Positions 63,961 to 64,000 of a DNA stretch of 64,000 bases are shown piece by piece. Within the stretch, counting starts at the first letter, position 1, and the number at the start of each line of letters is the position of its first letter. The DNA lies in assembly GCF_001194135.2 (NCBI RefSeq), contig NC_068985.1:62999204-63063203 (forward strand). The letters are read 5' to 3'. The position numbers and the translations under genes are program-made. The notes beneath the pieces are model-generated. The model did no database searches and was not told where the DNA came from. It worked only from the letters and a program-made list of their open reading frames with translations. The stretch comes from Octopus bimaculoides (Eukaryota).

Positions 63961-64000
<40 letters not shown>

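Overview
This is eukaryotic, AT-rich, repeat-dominated DNA with many N gaps that sit inside (TA)n/(TG)n microsatellites. The tRNA-headed SINE families and microsatellite load resemble a coleoid cephalopod (Octopus-like) draft assembly; this is inference and was not searched. No prokaryotic features, rRNA or CRISPR arrays are present. The only well-supported host coding sequence is a 3393-nt Ser/Thr-rich exon (2491-5883, +, phase 1-1), preceded by a locally CpG-rich segment with a possible non-coding exon. The rest is layered transposon debris: an internally deleted mariner, a CsRn1-like Gypsy LTR element (tRNA-Trp PBS), Tc1, pogo/Tigger, hAT, CRE-clade and RTE LINE relics, Helitron/Helentron pieces, Penelope-like ends and many SINE copies from three or four families. 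The most interesting signals are: (1) three minimal hammerhead-ribozyme-like motifs with compensatory stem I changes and a variant core; (2) a CpG-decay pattern that suggests methylated and unmethylated domains; (3) a hAT MITE holding a SINE trimer, with both target-site duplications intact; (4) two orphan hairpins; (5) a near-identical 110-bp orphan element present twice, containing a 45-nt Cys-rich cassette. All motif calls were made by eye, with no database search.
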